Shown here: piece by piece, positions 13,657 to 27,021 of the stretch
Layout: every line of letters starts with the position of its first letter
Position numbering within the stretch: position 1 is the stretch's first letter
DNA from: Cirrosporium novae-zelandiae
Lineage: Eukaryota
DNA length: 64,000 nucleotides
Assembly (NCBI GenBank): GCA_026023565.1
Contig: JAPETS010000044.1
Location: 124,001-188,000, forward strand
Direction of reading: 5' to 3'
Translations under genes and position numbers: made by a program
Notes under the pieces: model-generated
What the model was told of the DNA's origin: nothing
What the model saw: the letters and a program-made list of their open reading frames with translations, nothing else
Databases searched by the model: none

Positions 13657-14930
13657 TTAGTGTATCCATTTCTTGCCATCGCCTTCTTTCCAGGCGAGCA
13701 GTCGATCTTTGCACCTCTTCCTCTCTTCGTCTCCGGCAAAGATGCGGTCAACGCCACTGAGGGCTAGTTCCCAGACTCGAATATGTGGTAGGTTGAAGTG
13801 CTTCGCTGCAAGATAATATTCGTTGGATGAAGGAGATTCGACAATGCCAACATCATCGGTCTACACAGCTGGCTGTCAGTGAGCTTCCTCCAGAGATGGG
13901 GCTGTATAGTCATACGCAGAGAGCGATTGGACAATCTTCATTCAACCATTCACCTAAATGGTGCTCGGCAAAACTCTGGACGTGGTTGCCTTCAACGTTC
14001 GTCGTCAGACAAATTTCTATTCCAAGCCTTTGGCGAATAATCTCCTCCTTGACTTTGGGGGTAATATAAATAACATGTCCAAGTCGCTCTGGGCTGTAGG
14101 ATAGTAATGTTTCTAGTTCGTTGATGTTGCCTTCCCATTCGCCAAAGTGAATAGTTATGTGGAGGCCTGAGGCTTTCGCTTTCTCGAAGCATTCTTTCAG
14201 TTCACGAACATCTCCCCGCTAAGCTAGTTATTAGCATGAACGAAGTCTTGTTGTTCACATCTCAAACCTACTTTGAAGTCACCACATAAATCCACTCCTA
14301 CAACACCTCTACTTTGATATTTTATCGCCAAGTCTACAGCTTCCATTGCTTGCTGAGGGGTATTTCTTCGATCCATGGAGAGGATGAGGAAGCTCTTCAT
14401 TCTTTCAGATGTTTTATTGTATCCCGCAATCGCATCAAGAACCGTTTTGACGTAATCATCCTTGGTCATCTCTGGACCAACCCGAGGTGTGCTTCTCATT
14501 TCAAAGTACACAACGCCATCTTCTTCAAAGTTCTTGAGGGTATCTAGGGTCACGTATCGCACGGCTTCAACATTGTCGACGAGTTTATATATATACTGTC
14601 CGAATACAGGGAAAAACCTATTGAAGAACAAGCCTGTCAGTAACAGTCAATAACCCTATAGAGGGTGTAGTTCTCACGTTACCGTTTTCCATAATTTTTT
14701 CAAGCATATCAAAGGGTCCTCAAGTTCCAAGTCTGGTTCCGTTTCTTTTCGTGCCGCCCATACTTTATGGAAACATTCGTAGGAGATGGACCCCGTCAAA
14801 TGGGCATGCAATTCCTGATTATGAGTGAGCAGGAGTGCTTTTAGATGATAAAGGCTAAGGATCCTACAATCTTCGGGATTGAGAGACAGAATTGGCGGAG
14901 GTCGGCAGAACTGTCCATAAGAGCCGACAT
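13657..14930 (-). CDS. Adenosine deaminase-like protein (ADAL / N6-methyl-AMP deaminase type)
   Basis: PKIELHAHLTGS, DGVVYFEMRSTPR, GVVGVDLCGD, TIHFGE, ERLGH, EICLTTN, CTDDVG; 4 introns, frame intact. Confidence 0.9.
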
Positions 14931-15679
14931 GTTGAGACTATCAGTTTCAAAAGATATCCAACCAACAACGTCCAAGGTTATCGCCTTGAAATTGTTTACA
15001 GGGTTTCTTGTAGGATTTAAAGAAGACTTCAACCTTGATCATTGGAGACCCGTTATCGTCAGAGGGTATGCACATATTGCATCCAATTCTTGTGGCCGAC
15101 TTCGGCAGCTAGGTAAATCATAGTCTCTTCCCCCATTTTTCTCTTTATCGAAACCATTAATGTTGAAATTAACTAATTATTAGGCTATCCATGTCTCTTG
15201 TTACTTTATTGGAACTTAGAAGAGTTCTAATAATTCATATCTTGCGCAGAGTTGCTAGCTAAGAGAAGAAGAAAATTAGATATGGAATTAGCCGCTATAT
15301 CTCAAGAAGGCCGTCGGCTTTACCCACTCATGGCTATAGTCTTACTGTATATGATATGCCTCGACATTCTATGCGCTGATTTCATAGTCTTCGAGATTAG
15401 CCTCTGACGTGCTTCTCCCTAATATCATGATCAGCTAGCATACAGACCCTACACGTGAATAGCCAAACCTCCAAGGTTGTAGTCCACTTTAGCCCTTGAA
15501 CTGGTCTTCCTGAGATTGCTGAAATGGTATATGTCATCGGCTTCGATGATATAAACCTGTCGAAGAGCCATGGCTAAGAATCTGATTTTATTCGAAGACA
15601 ACTCTCCAGTGCTTGCACTCCGTCTTTACTGTTCCGTGCCGATTGTATCGCATTACCAACATTCAGGTCCTCATCCTAC

Positions 15680-17487
15680 GATGGCTTCTGAAACGCCCAA
15701 TGAGGTTCTCGAATGCCCATCTCGGAGTGATGGAAAATACCAGCCGTCGATGTTAAGAATGCCGCTGGTCTTAAGAAGCTGCAAGAGTTAATCGATGACG
15801 AAGTAGGCCAGATTGCGGTCGAGGCATTAGCAAGCGGCGCTGCAGATCCAGCAGAGGCAAAGAAAGTTTCGAGAAAGATAGACACCCACCTCCTCCCTTT
15901 TCCTTGCATTACTTATGGTAATTAACTTAACTTTCTGTTTGAGGTAGGTAATCTTTCTGAATGTTCGCGGAGTATAGGGTTGCCTTAAGCTCATCCTCAA
16001 TTTAGTATTATCGATGATAACCATCTACATGGGCAGCAATTCTCTTAGTGCAGGTAAGACCCATAATATATCACGCATCATGTCGTGTTTCAAATTACTA
16101 AATCTCTCAAGTTCAATCTTTTATTTGGATACCTTGTTGCGGAGTATCCCGGCGTGGCATTACTGCAACGCTTTCCGGTTGCGAAATTTCTAGGCTATAA
16201 TATAGTTGCCTGGGGAGCAATATTGATGATCACAGCATCATGTAGTTCCTTCGGAGGCCTAGTGACTATTTGATTTTTCCTAGGTGCCACCGAAGCTACC
16301 ATAAATTCTGGCTTCATCACCCTTACAGCCATATTCTACACCCGACCTGAGCAAGCCGGGCGACCATCTGTATAAGTATCATGCATGAGCATCTTCAATG
16401 TAATCAATTCTATGTTAATGTATAGCCTCGATCACATTTTTGGAAGCCTCTCGCCATGGAAATATATATTCCTCGTTCCCGGTACCGTGACCATTATTTA
16501 GGGTTGTCTATTCATACAGAAAATACCAGATAATCCAGTAACTGCCAAATGGTTAACGCAAAGTAAGAAGATCGTCGCTATTCAGCGGCTTGCAGACAAC
16601 AAGACCGGGACCAAGACGCACAGTCGTCAAGTGCCCTAACCGATCCTAAGATCATTGTTTTAGCACTGACGGCATTCGTTAATGCAATGGTGGGAGGTTC
16701 GCTGATATTCTCTTCAATTATTATGGAAGGCCTCGGCTTTACAAACCTTTAAGTCGCACTTTTGAACATGCTATACTGCACCATTGAAACGGCTTTCGCG
16801 TTACTGGCAGTTTACATCATACAAAGAGTCCCTGACAGCCGACTTATTTGCGGTGCGATGTCTATGTTACCGGATATTGCGGAGAAAGTGATAGTCAACG
16901 GCATTCCTAGCAACAATGGCTAGGGTCGCCTTATTGGTGTCTGGTTCATTACTGCATATCCAGTTGGCTTTCAGGTTCTTCTTGGTTTGATTGCATCGAA
17001 TATTGCTGGAAGTACTAAACGGACTGTTGCATCGGCGATGATTTTTATCATTTATTGTTCTGGGCAAATCTCTGGGAAGGATCTTCTTATGTATAATATC
17101 AATTGTATCAGACTCCACGTCTAATGCCATGTGATGTGCAAGACCCCAGTACTTCAAATCTAGCGAAGCTCCTGCCTACCGCAGTAGCATCGTAGCAATA
17201 CTCTGCGCGTTTTGCATTCATCTTGCTCTGAATGTCATGCTCCAGATTCTCTACGGTTTGGAAAACAAGAAACGGGACAAGGCTTTGTCATGCAGGAGCA
17301 TAGAGGAGTTGAAAGCAATGAAACGGTTGTCAAATATCCAAGGATTTGAAAACGTATCGGATGGACACAATGTAAGTTCTGGGCCCTCTTTCATGACTAG
17401 TTGTGATAAGGCAGGCTTTGTGCCGATACAACGCACACTAACATACTCTTTCTCTGGTTATAGACCATGTTCCGCTATACCCTTTAA
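15680..17487 (+). pseudogene. Dal5-like MFS permease pseudogene
   Basis: KIDTHLLP, LLQRFPVAKFLG, PDNPVTAKWL, SNIAGSTKRT and PQYFKS motifs interrupted by in-frame stops (TAG 16046, TGA 16271, TAG 16499, TAA 16750, TAG 16921) and deletions. Confidence 0.85.
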
Positions 17488-18323
17488 TTTGCAATCGGTC
17501 ATCTTTTGCTTCAACTGGCAGCGAGATTAGATGTCTGCCTAGATATAATCTTAGTATGATTCAGCAAAGAAGTTGATACCTGATCCTGCCTGAAAATGGT
17601 TATCTGACCTATTATAATCCTTACATAACATCCCTACTAGCGGCCGCTTTTGGAGGCCCGTCTAGGGGATAGCATCGTGGAGCAAACTTTTAACATGTCA
17701 AGGCAGAATACAGCTGAATCAGTAGTCAATCGTGTAACGTGGCCCGCTCACTTACGTATTCGGGCATGTTCTCACCTAGCATTCGCCAAGTGGTGTTACG
17801 CGATTAGTTGCTTTACTTCTGTAAATAACTAGAAGAGGAAATTTAGGCGAACGAAAATAACCTTGCTTTTTTGCATATTTATACCAGAATCGCGATCAAT
17901 TCTACGTAAGCATGTCCGTTGTTCAAAGGGAGTTGACATATAATACTATATTGTGTATGTACAGACAATTGAAACGAAAACCACAGCGATGGTGGGCTAG
18001 GCGATTGGCCCACCTCTGATTATTTCCACTACAATTTGGGGAGGGGTGTATAACTGACGCAATATTAAACTAAAAGAGAGAGCCCAAGGTTGGTTATATT
18101 AGAGAAAATAAAAAAATTAAAATGCAGCTCCATAGCTTATAAAGCAATCCTGCATGATTATCGCTAAATAAAGCGAAGGACTTGTAAACCTTTCAGCCTT
18201 ATAATACGTTCTCAAGCCTCTAAGATGTGCGTCCTTCCTAATAACTCCTGACTAGACTTTTCCTCTCATTCCGGAATTTGGCCTTTTGATTGTCGAGAGA
18301 TTTCAAGATTTCACTAATCCATA

Positions 18324-19824
18324 ATGAGCTCTGATCCAAGCACCATCCCAGGCTCCTCATGGGCTAACTCGGAGGAAGCCTTCCAAAATTATTATATCCT
18401 CCAGGATATACCGTTCGATAAAAAATTCAAATGCTATACAAAACGTCAGTGGCACTTTGATCTATCGATCTCTTGACCTACAATACTGAAAAGGCTAGGC
18501 GACCCACTCGTTCCTGAGGTGACTTGTCCATACAAGCCTCAGGATGCCGAATTGATATCCCCAGCTGCGGCTTCATCTAGGAATGGCTCTACTTACCTCT
18601 CTTTTGGTGAAAATGGTACAACTGCCAGTGTTACCGAGTGGGGCCAGCTCATGCAAATGAGTAGTGTGGCGGAGTGTGTCAGTATGCTCATGGACTGTAC
18701 GTACTTTCAAGTCATAGGAACAGCAAATAAACCAAACCCTAAGGTAATGTTTATAGCCATAGTAGTCGTGTACTGATTCGGGCACTATATCGATAATTGC
18801 AAATGGACGAGGTGTAATCGTAGGTAGTAGACCCCCAATTTATAGAATAAATATATGAATAACTAATTAATTGATTGAATGAATGGCTCCTTAATTGGGT
18901 ATATAGTTGGATAAGTAAATCAAAAATCTTTTTGATTGATTCATAGATGGGTGGTTAGGTAACTCCATAGATAGATAGTTTTATAGATAGATAATTCGAT
19001 ATCTCTTCAATCCTTAGACTCTCGCTGACCCTTATAACCCTCCGAAAAAGAAACTAAACCAAATTACTTTTATTAGGGGGGGTTATACAGAGGTAAGTGG
19101 GCATGCCCACTTACTCCACCATAATACTATGGAGACCGATTTCGGAGTCATAATGGAAAAGATTTCAGACTGGGAAAACCGAGAACGAGATCGCCACCGA
19201 GAGCAGTCTAGGTGGACTAAGGACGATGAACGGAAATACAGGGGCACAATTAACAAACTTCTAGTGTTGAACAGAAGAAAAATTCGTGATGTCCGAACTT
19301 GTCAAAGCATAGTGAGATCATTGAAGGGGTCCTTGGATACAATACAAAAACAGATACAAAATGAAATCGAACGTCAAAAGAACGAAAGCGAACGTCAGGG
19401 GAACAGAAATATTCGCTACTTCACCTACGCTACGGTTTTCTTTCTTCCGCTTGGGTTTGCAACAAGCATCTTCGGTATGCAAGCGACACCGCCGAATGAC
19501 GTGCTTAATAGTATGATAATATGCGCTGCTGTGGCATTTATCGTTACTATTATTTTCTTGCTCAGCATCCAGCATGTTTGGAAGCTGTCGCAAGATGTTT
19601 TTGTTATCATGGTTCAGCCTATTTTGGTAAATTTGGGTTTTTTCAGCCTCCTAGCAATTACTCAACTTATTATCGATATCTCGTAGCTAAGCCTAAGCGT
19701 TTCAAGCTTCCTAGAGGATGTAAAAATATGGCTTAGTCGAGAACAGTTGACGCGAACATGGCATCACTTTACACGCAATAATATTGAAAGTAATCCTCAG
19801 ACCGGTGACCAGGAGCAAGTCTGA
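18324..19824 (+). pseudogene. Truncated large fungal protein with a C-terminal CorA-like transmembrane region; central part missing
   Basis: 5' fragment YLSFGENGTTASVTEWGQLMQMS; 3' fragment RWTKDDERKYR...NIRYFTYATVFFLPLGFATSIFGM (CorA GMN-like); the two are separated by only about 350 bp of AT-rich DNA. Confidence 0.6.
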
Positions 19825-20498
19825 AGGTACAGCACCTAAAGCAAAACAATATAGGTATCCCCTAACTCATAACAGATTACCAAGTGCTAAGGATACAATC
19901 TAGCTCCACCATAACGAGAGGAAGAAAAATTTTGGAGTTTATCCGAAAGCGTGAGGAATAGGTATAAGAGCTTATCTATAGCTAGCTATACATCTAGATC
20001 TAAGCCTTGCTGAGCCATATATCTTAGGCGTAGGAGGGTCGCGAGTGTACACTGTGGTCCGTGTGGGGGTGTCCATGGACCTTATATAGGCAGTGTCTCT
20101 TCAGTGTGGCCATAGTATAACTAAGAACGCAACACTTGTGGTATTCATGCTAAGTAATATTATATAGTTCGATGATATTCTTTCTTATCGATAGACAAAC
20201 AAAAGAGGATGGCAATCGGTAAGGCTAAGATCCCGATTCCCATAAGGGTTAGAGCCCTCACCGGCCAACCTTCAGCGCGGATCACTAAACTCTCTTTTGC
20301 GGACCATCGGGGCAAATTCTTTCCTTGGTCTTTAGCATCCCCTGCCTAGCAAAGTCCGTGGAGTGTCCTGCAGCTAGTCCCTCACACTTTCTTTACCTCA
20401 TTCTGTAGCCTCTAATATGTATGTACCAGTTAATGTCAACGACATGTGCGTTGACGGGCTTGCTCTCCTAAATGCGAAATGATGCCTCCTTCAGCACG

Positions 20499-23420
20499 TG
20501 AACGGCACGTGCACCGCCGTAAGATAGCTCTGGCCTGCGATCCATGTCGAGAAAGGAAATCTCGTTGTGATGGGGGCAAGCCCATCTGTTCATCCTGCCA
20601 GCGCCGCTCATTCGGCATCCATCAGTGTGTTTACAAGACAGATAATGCGCGCACAGCGAGCAATGATGCGTATGTCGTCTCTCTTCACCTGCGCTGATGC
20701 TAGGCTTCTGACCGTCTAAATAGCTACATCAAAGTATTGCATGACCGCATCCGAGAGCTGGAGCAAGCTTGTATAAATGCTGGAGCCACGATACCCGCCT
20801 TGATCCAAAGCAATTCCGATAATAATGACTCCAATCTACGGTCAGCTGTGCAAACTGTGGATGACCACCGAGACGTGAGCAGTCCTCGCCTTTACTGCGA
20901 CGACCAAGTATCTCTCGAGAGGCAGTTGAACTCACAGCCCTCTGCAATACCCTCTCTTGAGAACGGTGCTATAGTATCACGGTCAAGCGACCACTTGGCA
21001 GGTTCCCCGATAGGTGATGGGGAAACTACCTCTTATCACCCTTTCTCACGCCAGCAAACAACTGATAATCCATTTATGTCTTCCAATCCCCTCAGGACTT
21101 CAGACAGTACCAAAGCCTCTGGCACGAGAACTTCTCAAAACGAGGGAGAACGGCATTCTAGGAACTTTTCGGATTCAACCAGTCAGGATCCGGGACTACA
21201 TTCATCAAATATATCTGAGGATATTGTGCCCACTTCCGCCCAGTCGGCGAAAGCAGTACCCATCAAGCATGTAAAATCATCTGGTAGCATGTATGATGGT
21301 TTTCCACTATTCGACCAGCAGAGCCAAGTCACAGGAATGGGCGCAATCGCAACTTCGCTTAAAGATGAGGAGTCGACCGAACACGCGAGCCAATATTATG
21401 GTAGTTCATCTGCAGCATCTTTGATGCAGCTTGTCCACAAGTCGATATCCATACGATCCGGTCCTAATACTAATCTACGCTCGAATCCACAGCAGAATCC
21501 CACTTCTGCAAGTACAAACAATACGACATCTGCTCCCGGAGCCCCGGAATCCGCGGCTCAGGGTCCGCCCTGGAATTATTTTTCATCGCCCCTGACTGGT
21601 GACCTGTCTTTGCCTCCACGATCGCTGGCAGATCATCTTCTCCAGAGGTACTGGGAAAGAGTCTATTATCTTTACCCTTTCATCCATCGACCAAGCTTTC
21701 AGCGGGCGTATGAATGTCTTTGGCTTCCTGCTGGACATCCTAGCAGGTCATCGCATTGCGCTAACGTGGGACTTGGGGGATCATCAAATGATGATTCGAA
21801 CTCTCTTGTATTTCTTTGCGCACTCAACTCAATATTTGCTCTAGGTTGCCACTTCTCGGATCTGCCCTCTTCAGAGAGAGCAACTGTGGCTCACACGTTC
21901 TTTCTTCGCTCCAAAAGTTTTATCGGCCTTGACTTTTTAGAGGTCAATAACATAGGAATTGTGCAAGCTCTGCTAATCGTTGCCCAGTATTTGCAAAGTA
22001 CGCCCTACCCCTCCAGGTGCTGGAATGCAGTAGGTGTAGCATGCCGTGTGGCGCAGGGGCTTGGTTTGCATGTGGATCTTGCGGTAGATTCGTGTAATGT
22101 CTTAGAGACGGAGATGCGGCGGAGGGTATGGCATGGATGCACGTTGATGGATAGGTTTGTTGCTCCCCTCTCAATTTATGACCTACTTCGCCATGCTAAA
22201 CTACTTCCGCAGGGTTGTGAGCATGACATTTGGCCGACCAACTATGACTTCACATATATTAGCCATTCCCTTGCCATCTACACTCGAAGACGATCAAATT
22301 CTTTCCCGAAATGGGGCCGACGCACTGCAGAGTCAGGCTCCCTCTCGAATGCACTTCTATGTGGAGACCATCAAGTTGTACAGGATCCTGGACAATATTC
22401 TCTCGGCAGTCTATCAGCCATGGTTAAGCAACTCGACATGAAACTTGCTAGGTTTGAATCATCGCTTCCGAATTTTCTTTCCTGGACAAGTCAGCGAAAG
22501 TCACAAAACGATTTTGGAGATCAAGAGAAAGCCACGTATCAACTCCAGATGAATGTGCTTCATGCAAGGTGAGTTGCCTTCAACTATTCTCTAGTGATTC
22601 CTTAAGTGTCTAACGAAGTAGATTCATCTACCTCAAGATGATGCTCCACCGGCCGCTCTTTGCCCAAATGTGTCGGAAAAGGGACGAGGATACTAGGATA
22701 CCTTCCTCGGAAGTATATAGGTCGGTGTTTGACTCGTCAATATGGAGCTCTAACATGTTGTATTCGTCTTTTGCAACACGGTGTGCAGTGTCATGCGTCA
22801 TGGCGGCAATGGACCTCTTGGATCTGATTCATGGCACGTACCAAACTCCGGCCGCTGGAGAGTGGTGGTACAATGGGCTTTGTGAGTGTTTCCATTTGGA
22901 GCTTAAACCTAATTAATACTTATAATATTTAGATGCTTCGAGCGCAGGGATCGTTTTGATTCTGGCTCAACTTTGTCTGCCCATAATGGAGTCTTTGGAC
23001 AGATCTCGATTCGACAAATCATTCGGACTTTGTGACAACATTCTCAAACACTTAACATCATTCAGTGTTTCGGGCCAGAATGCCTTGAACTTACTCCAAA
23101 AATTACGGGAGCATCTTGCTCCAATTCAGCCTGGTTGGTTTCCCCCATAACATAAAGAATAGTTGCTATATTAACATGTGATAGCTCCTGAGCAACAAGA
23201 ATCCCTTAGAACACAGACATATCATTCCTTGAACCAGCGCCAGCCTGAGACGGCAAACACCCATCCTGGAGAACCTATGACTTGGACAGATGAACTTGGA
23301 AATGCGGCAATGGGTAGCTCCTTCTTCAACTGGGACCCCACTTTCGAACTCATGCCGGATGAATTTGGCATTAACTGGTTACCTCCGGACATGTCAAGTC
23401 AGGGGAATGATATAACTTGA
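20499..23420 (+). CDS. Zn(II)2Cys6 transcription factor with fungal TF middle-homology domain; apparent frameshift near 22420
   Basis: [25 protein letters not shown]...[44 protein letters not shown]; the spliced frame stops at 22441 while the conserved continuation lies in another frame. Confidence 0.8.
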
Positions 23421-23639
23421 AACTTTCCTCCATGTCTCCACTTTCGGGCTCAATCTAGCGAGGTATAAATATGAGCCATTTCGGTAGAAAAGACCGTTAA
23501 ATCCAAATATATGTCAACTACACTGATCTCAACGGGTCTACCAAGCTCGCGGCAAAGGTGCAGCTTGTATTCCATCCAAATCTAAATCTAATATCTCAGA
23601 GATTTCTGCGAGCTTTTCTAGGTGTCCATTCAGCTCTCA

Positions 23640-24764
23640 ACTAAGCATTTAGACAGCGGGACGCATCCTATGGCTTCAACTTTTCTACGAACTGATCCAC
23701 GCCATGCCTTTGAGATTCACGTTAGGCGTCTACATGCTTAGCCAAAAAGAGTACGCGTATCCACCCAGACATCATCTCTGAATTCATGATCAGGACTCTT
23801 TCAGCCTTGATCAGCCTCCACAGAACAGGAATGTTCACAACCCAAGCCAAGTATGACATCATTCCCGGATAGAAGGCCGTTCTAGAAAGACTATTATATA
23901 GCGTGTCGACAATAACATTGCTTACAGTGTCGACATACATTAGTATCATCAGGAATTACGACTGGCTTTTGTCGCCTTTGACTAGTGGCGTCTTAATGAA
24001 GCTAAGCAAGCCAACGATGTGCGGATTTTGAGAGAGCGGTGCCAAAATTTGAGTTCAAGGTCGACTGCCTGTAACCACCATCCCGTCGGTGAACGAGTAC
24101 TTCTTGTACTCAAGAATAGCATCCCGCGATATTATTTCGTGAAATGCGATAATGTCACTTTTTGATGCAACATAATCTGTAAGTACTGCCATTGGCATGT
24201 AGACACTCACAGAGTTAATGTTGACGATGTGATCGTATTTAATACGGGTCAGGTTTAGAAAGAGTTCCTTAATTAATAGCAAAGGGGCTACTAAGTTGGT
24301 TTGTAAGCGCAATAATATTATTTTAAGTCGATTTTACAGTATTATATGACCTTTGCTTCCAGCATAGCATGTGTTAGCAATGTCCTTCTCTACTTCTGCA
24401 TATCGCCGTTGCTAATCTACTTGCAATATTTTCCTCTGATGCCTCCGCTGCCGCCCGTCACTACTACAATATCGCTCTTAGCACCCCACGGCTTGTCTAT
24501 GGTACAGTTATTCCTTGTCCTTTTAGACAAGTAATCGTTAGTGAAAATCAGCACACAGACAAAGGTAGCATATTTCAGCCACGGGCTCACCTACTACACT
24601 ATTCCTTTAGCAATGCCGCTCCTGGCACTCCTCAATAGGGTCCAACTTGTCAATCAGCAGACTAAGGAAGCAGTGGTACGCGAGTAGTGGATTCAAGGCC
24701 TTCTAGCGAACAGTCTTTTCCAGAGGGTCGATATAGAGACCGTCGTGGAGATGAGAATAAGCAT
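23640..24764 (-). pseudogene. Short-chain dehydrogenase/reductase pseudogene (membrane-anchored retinol-DH-like)
   Basis: IVVVTGGSGGI(R) Rossmann motif near 24440-24470, HIVNINSV, DYVASK (YxxxK), SFIKTPL; several stops and frameshifts. Confidence 0.7.
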
Positions 24765-25846
24765 GTATATTGTTGGGGAGGCATTGAGAGGCAGCTCAAA
24801 AGATAGGAGAAATGCCTGGAGATGAATAATGGGCATATACGCTGGAATAAATCACTATGGCAAAGGCCACGAACAGAACTCCAACCTTCAGAGGGCGAAG
24901 GATACTATGATCATCACGATAGAGCTGATGGAAAGGCAAGCATTCCTTTGTCCATAGGCGCAGCCACAATGTTTCGTTGCATCTTGTCTACGCGGAGAGG
25001 GATTACTTGGGAAGAATGAACCTAGTAAATGAGGATTATTCCGTTGCCATTGCCATTTTGAGTATTCATTCATCGGATCAACACCGTAGAGTAGCTTTCC
25101 TTTGTTGGCCTTGTACTATCTGATGTGTACAACTTTCCGTTTTTGTTTCTCTCTCAAGGATCCGAGTGTTTATCATACCGGGCGGGAGGATTCCCGGAGG
25201 AATGAGAATGAGGATGAGAATGATAGGCTTACGCTAACGGAGCTGGCGGAGCTGGAATGTTCCGACATCCAAGGGGTCCGACATCCGAGAACCAACACCA
25301 CGGGTGTGTTCCGAACCCCAACACTCCAACACTCCCAACCCCACATCATCGTCGGGTTGATTCCGACAACACAACAACGACACACGACACAGTGATTTCC
25401 AAAATTAGCTTAACCAACTAATTATTCGCTATTCGCTATTCGGTGATGACGATATAGTAGATGCGGATGCCGTACCCGGACTTACAGCTAAGTCCGCTAG
25501 AATAAATGCTTGAATACTAGCCCTACGGAGGTCCTACAGCTCCATTTGTTCCGATGGATGATCGCCATCCGTTTTGAGTTTAATTGAGGTTGTTTTTGGG
25601 GTACGAGTGGACGAACGAAATGAACGGATGAATGAATGACATTGAAATTGGGAATTGGGAATTGGAATTGGGGGGGTTTTTTTTTTTTTCTTTTTTTGGA
25701 AATGGGATGGAATAGTGTGTGTGGGTATACTTGTCGTCTGTTTTTACGATTTGTTTAAAGTGACTTATGCGTGTGTGGATGTGTGTTTTTTGGAGGGGGA
25801 GGGTTGTTGGTGTGGTATGGTATGGTTATGGGATTCTCTAATTATC

Positions 25847-25925
25847 CAGGGAAAGGGAATGGACCAGACCGACCAGACCGAACCCCTTACTTAGTCTGGT
25901 CGCTCTGGTCTATTCCCCTTTCCTG
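25847..25925. mobile_element. Degenerate copy of the AGACC-repeat hAT-like MITE
   Basis: cagggaaagggaatggaccagacc ... ggtctattcccctttcctg inverted ends; flanks match only 5 of 8 bases. Confidence 0.65.
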
Positions 25926-26179
25926 TCTCTATCTATCTACTACTACTACTACTATTACTACTACTGGAGTAAAAAATGAATATGGAGTTGTCGTTATCGG
26001 ATAAGTAAATAGTAAGTTTAGTGGTGGTACTAGATATTATCAAATCAATAGATGCGCGATAAGCGATGAGCGGAGCGAGTGTGAGGATTGTCATTGCCAT
26101 CGAGGATATGGATATGGATATGAAGGGGGTGGTTTGGTTTTTATCAGGTAGTTTGCTATTACAAATAAAACAAACAAAT

Positions 26180-26329
26180 TGTTACGGTTCCCTTTTAGGT
26201 TAGACTATTAGGGTATAGACCCTAGGCTCACCTTATAAGGTGAGCCTCCTCCCTAGCCTAGACAACCAACCAATCTACGTATCACCAAATCAGAACCTTA
26301 GGCACTTCAAGACCTAAGGTCCCCTGACA
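26180..26329. mobile_element. Solo LTR (150 bp)
   Basis: TGTTA...TGACA termini, 5-bp TSD CAAAT (26175-26179 and 26330-26334), internal TATAA. Confidence 0.75.
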
Positions 26330-27021
26330 CAAATGAATGAATTAATTCATTATATAAATCCCTATTCAATAAAACCATCATCATCATTATAAAAAAAAAA
26401 CACTTATAACGCAGCCAGTTTGGGTTATATATAATTATCCCAACACTAGGTTTATCCACTCAAGTAGCAGAATATCCCCACGTCCTTTTTTTTCTTCTAG
26501 CTTTTCATTAGGTTCTTAAAAATGTGTTGGCTTAGCCTTTTTTAACTAACAAAAAAAAGTATCATCTTTATCTAGAAGCATTTTATATTTATTTATGGTT
26601 AATTCTTTTTGGGGGGTGGGGGGTGGGTTGGTTATTGGAAAGGTGAAAAAAAGTTGAAGAACTGAGGTAATAACCAGGAATTAATTAATTTTTCTAAATA
26701 TAAAAAATAGGAACTCTTTCTCTCTCTGTGGTGAAATCTATATGCCATCTCTATCTTTAATTTATAGCTAAAGCTAAGGTCTATGTATGTATATATGTAT
26801 GTATGTATGAGGTTATGAAGGGCAAAATGAGGGGAAAAGAATGGTAAAAACGAATGTACATAAGAAAAGAAAAAGGATTGACAAGTTAACAAGTATATAT
26901 AAAAAGAAAACAGGTTGAAAAATAAGTGAATCCGTTTATATCCCATCCACATCTTGGAATTTATTTGCTTGTAAGATTTACCAAACCATTTCTCCCAGAA
27001 AAAAAAATTCACATCTATCCC

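Noticed and set aside
19850..20152. Possible solo LTR (also 44059-44426)
   Set aside because: LTR-like composition, but no matching TG..CA ends with a TSD could be confirmed
25190..25395. Short tandem-like motifs (ccgacatcc, ccaacactcc) and a 97-aa ORF
   Set aside because: Irregular low-complexity sequence with no termini, TSD or domain
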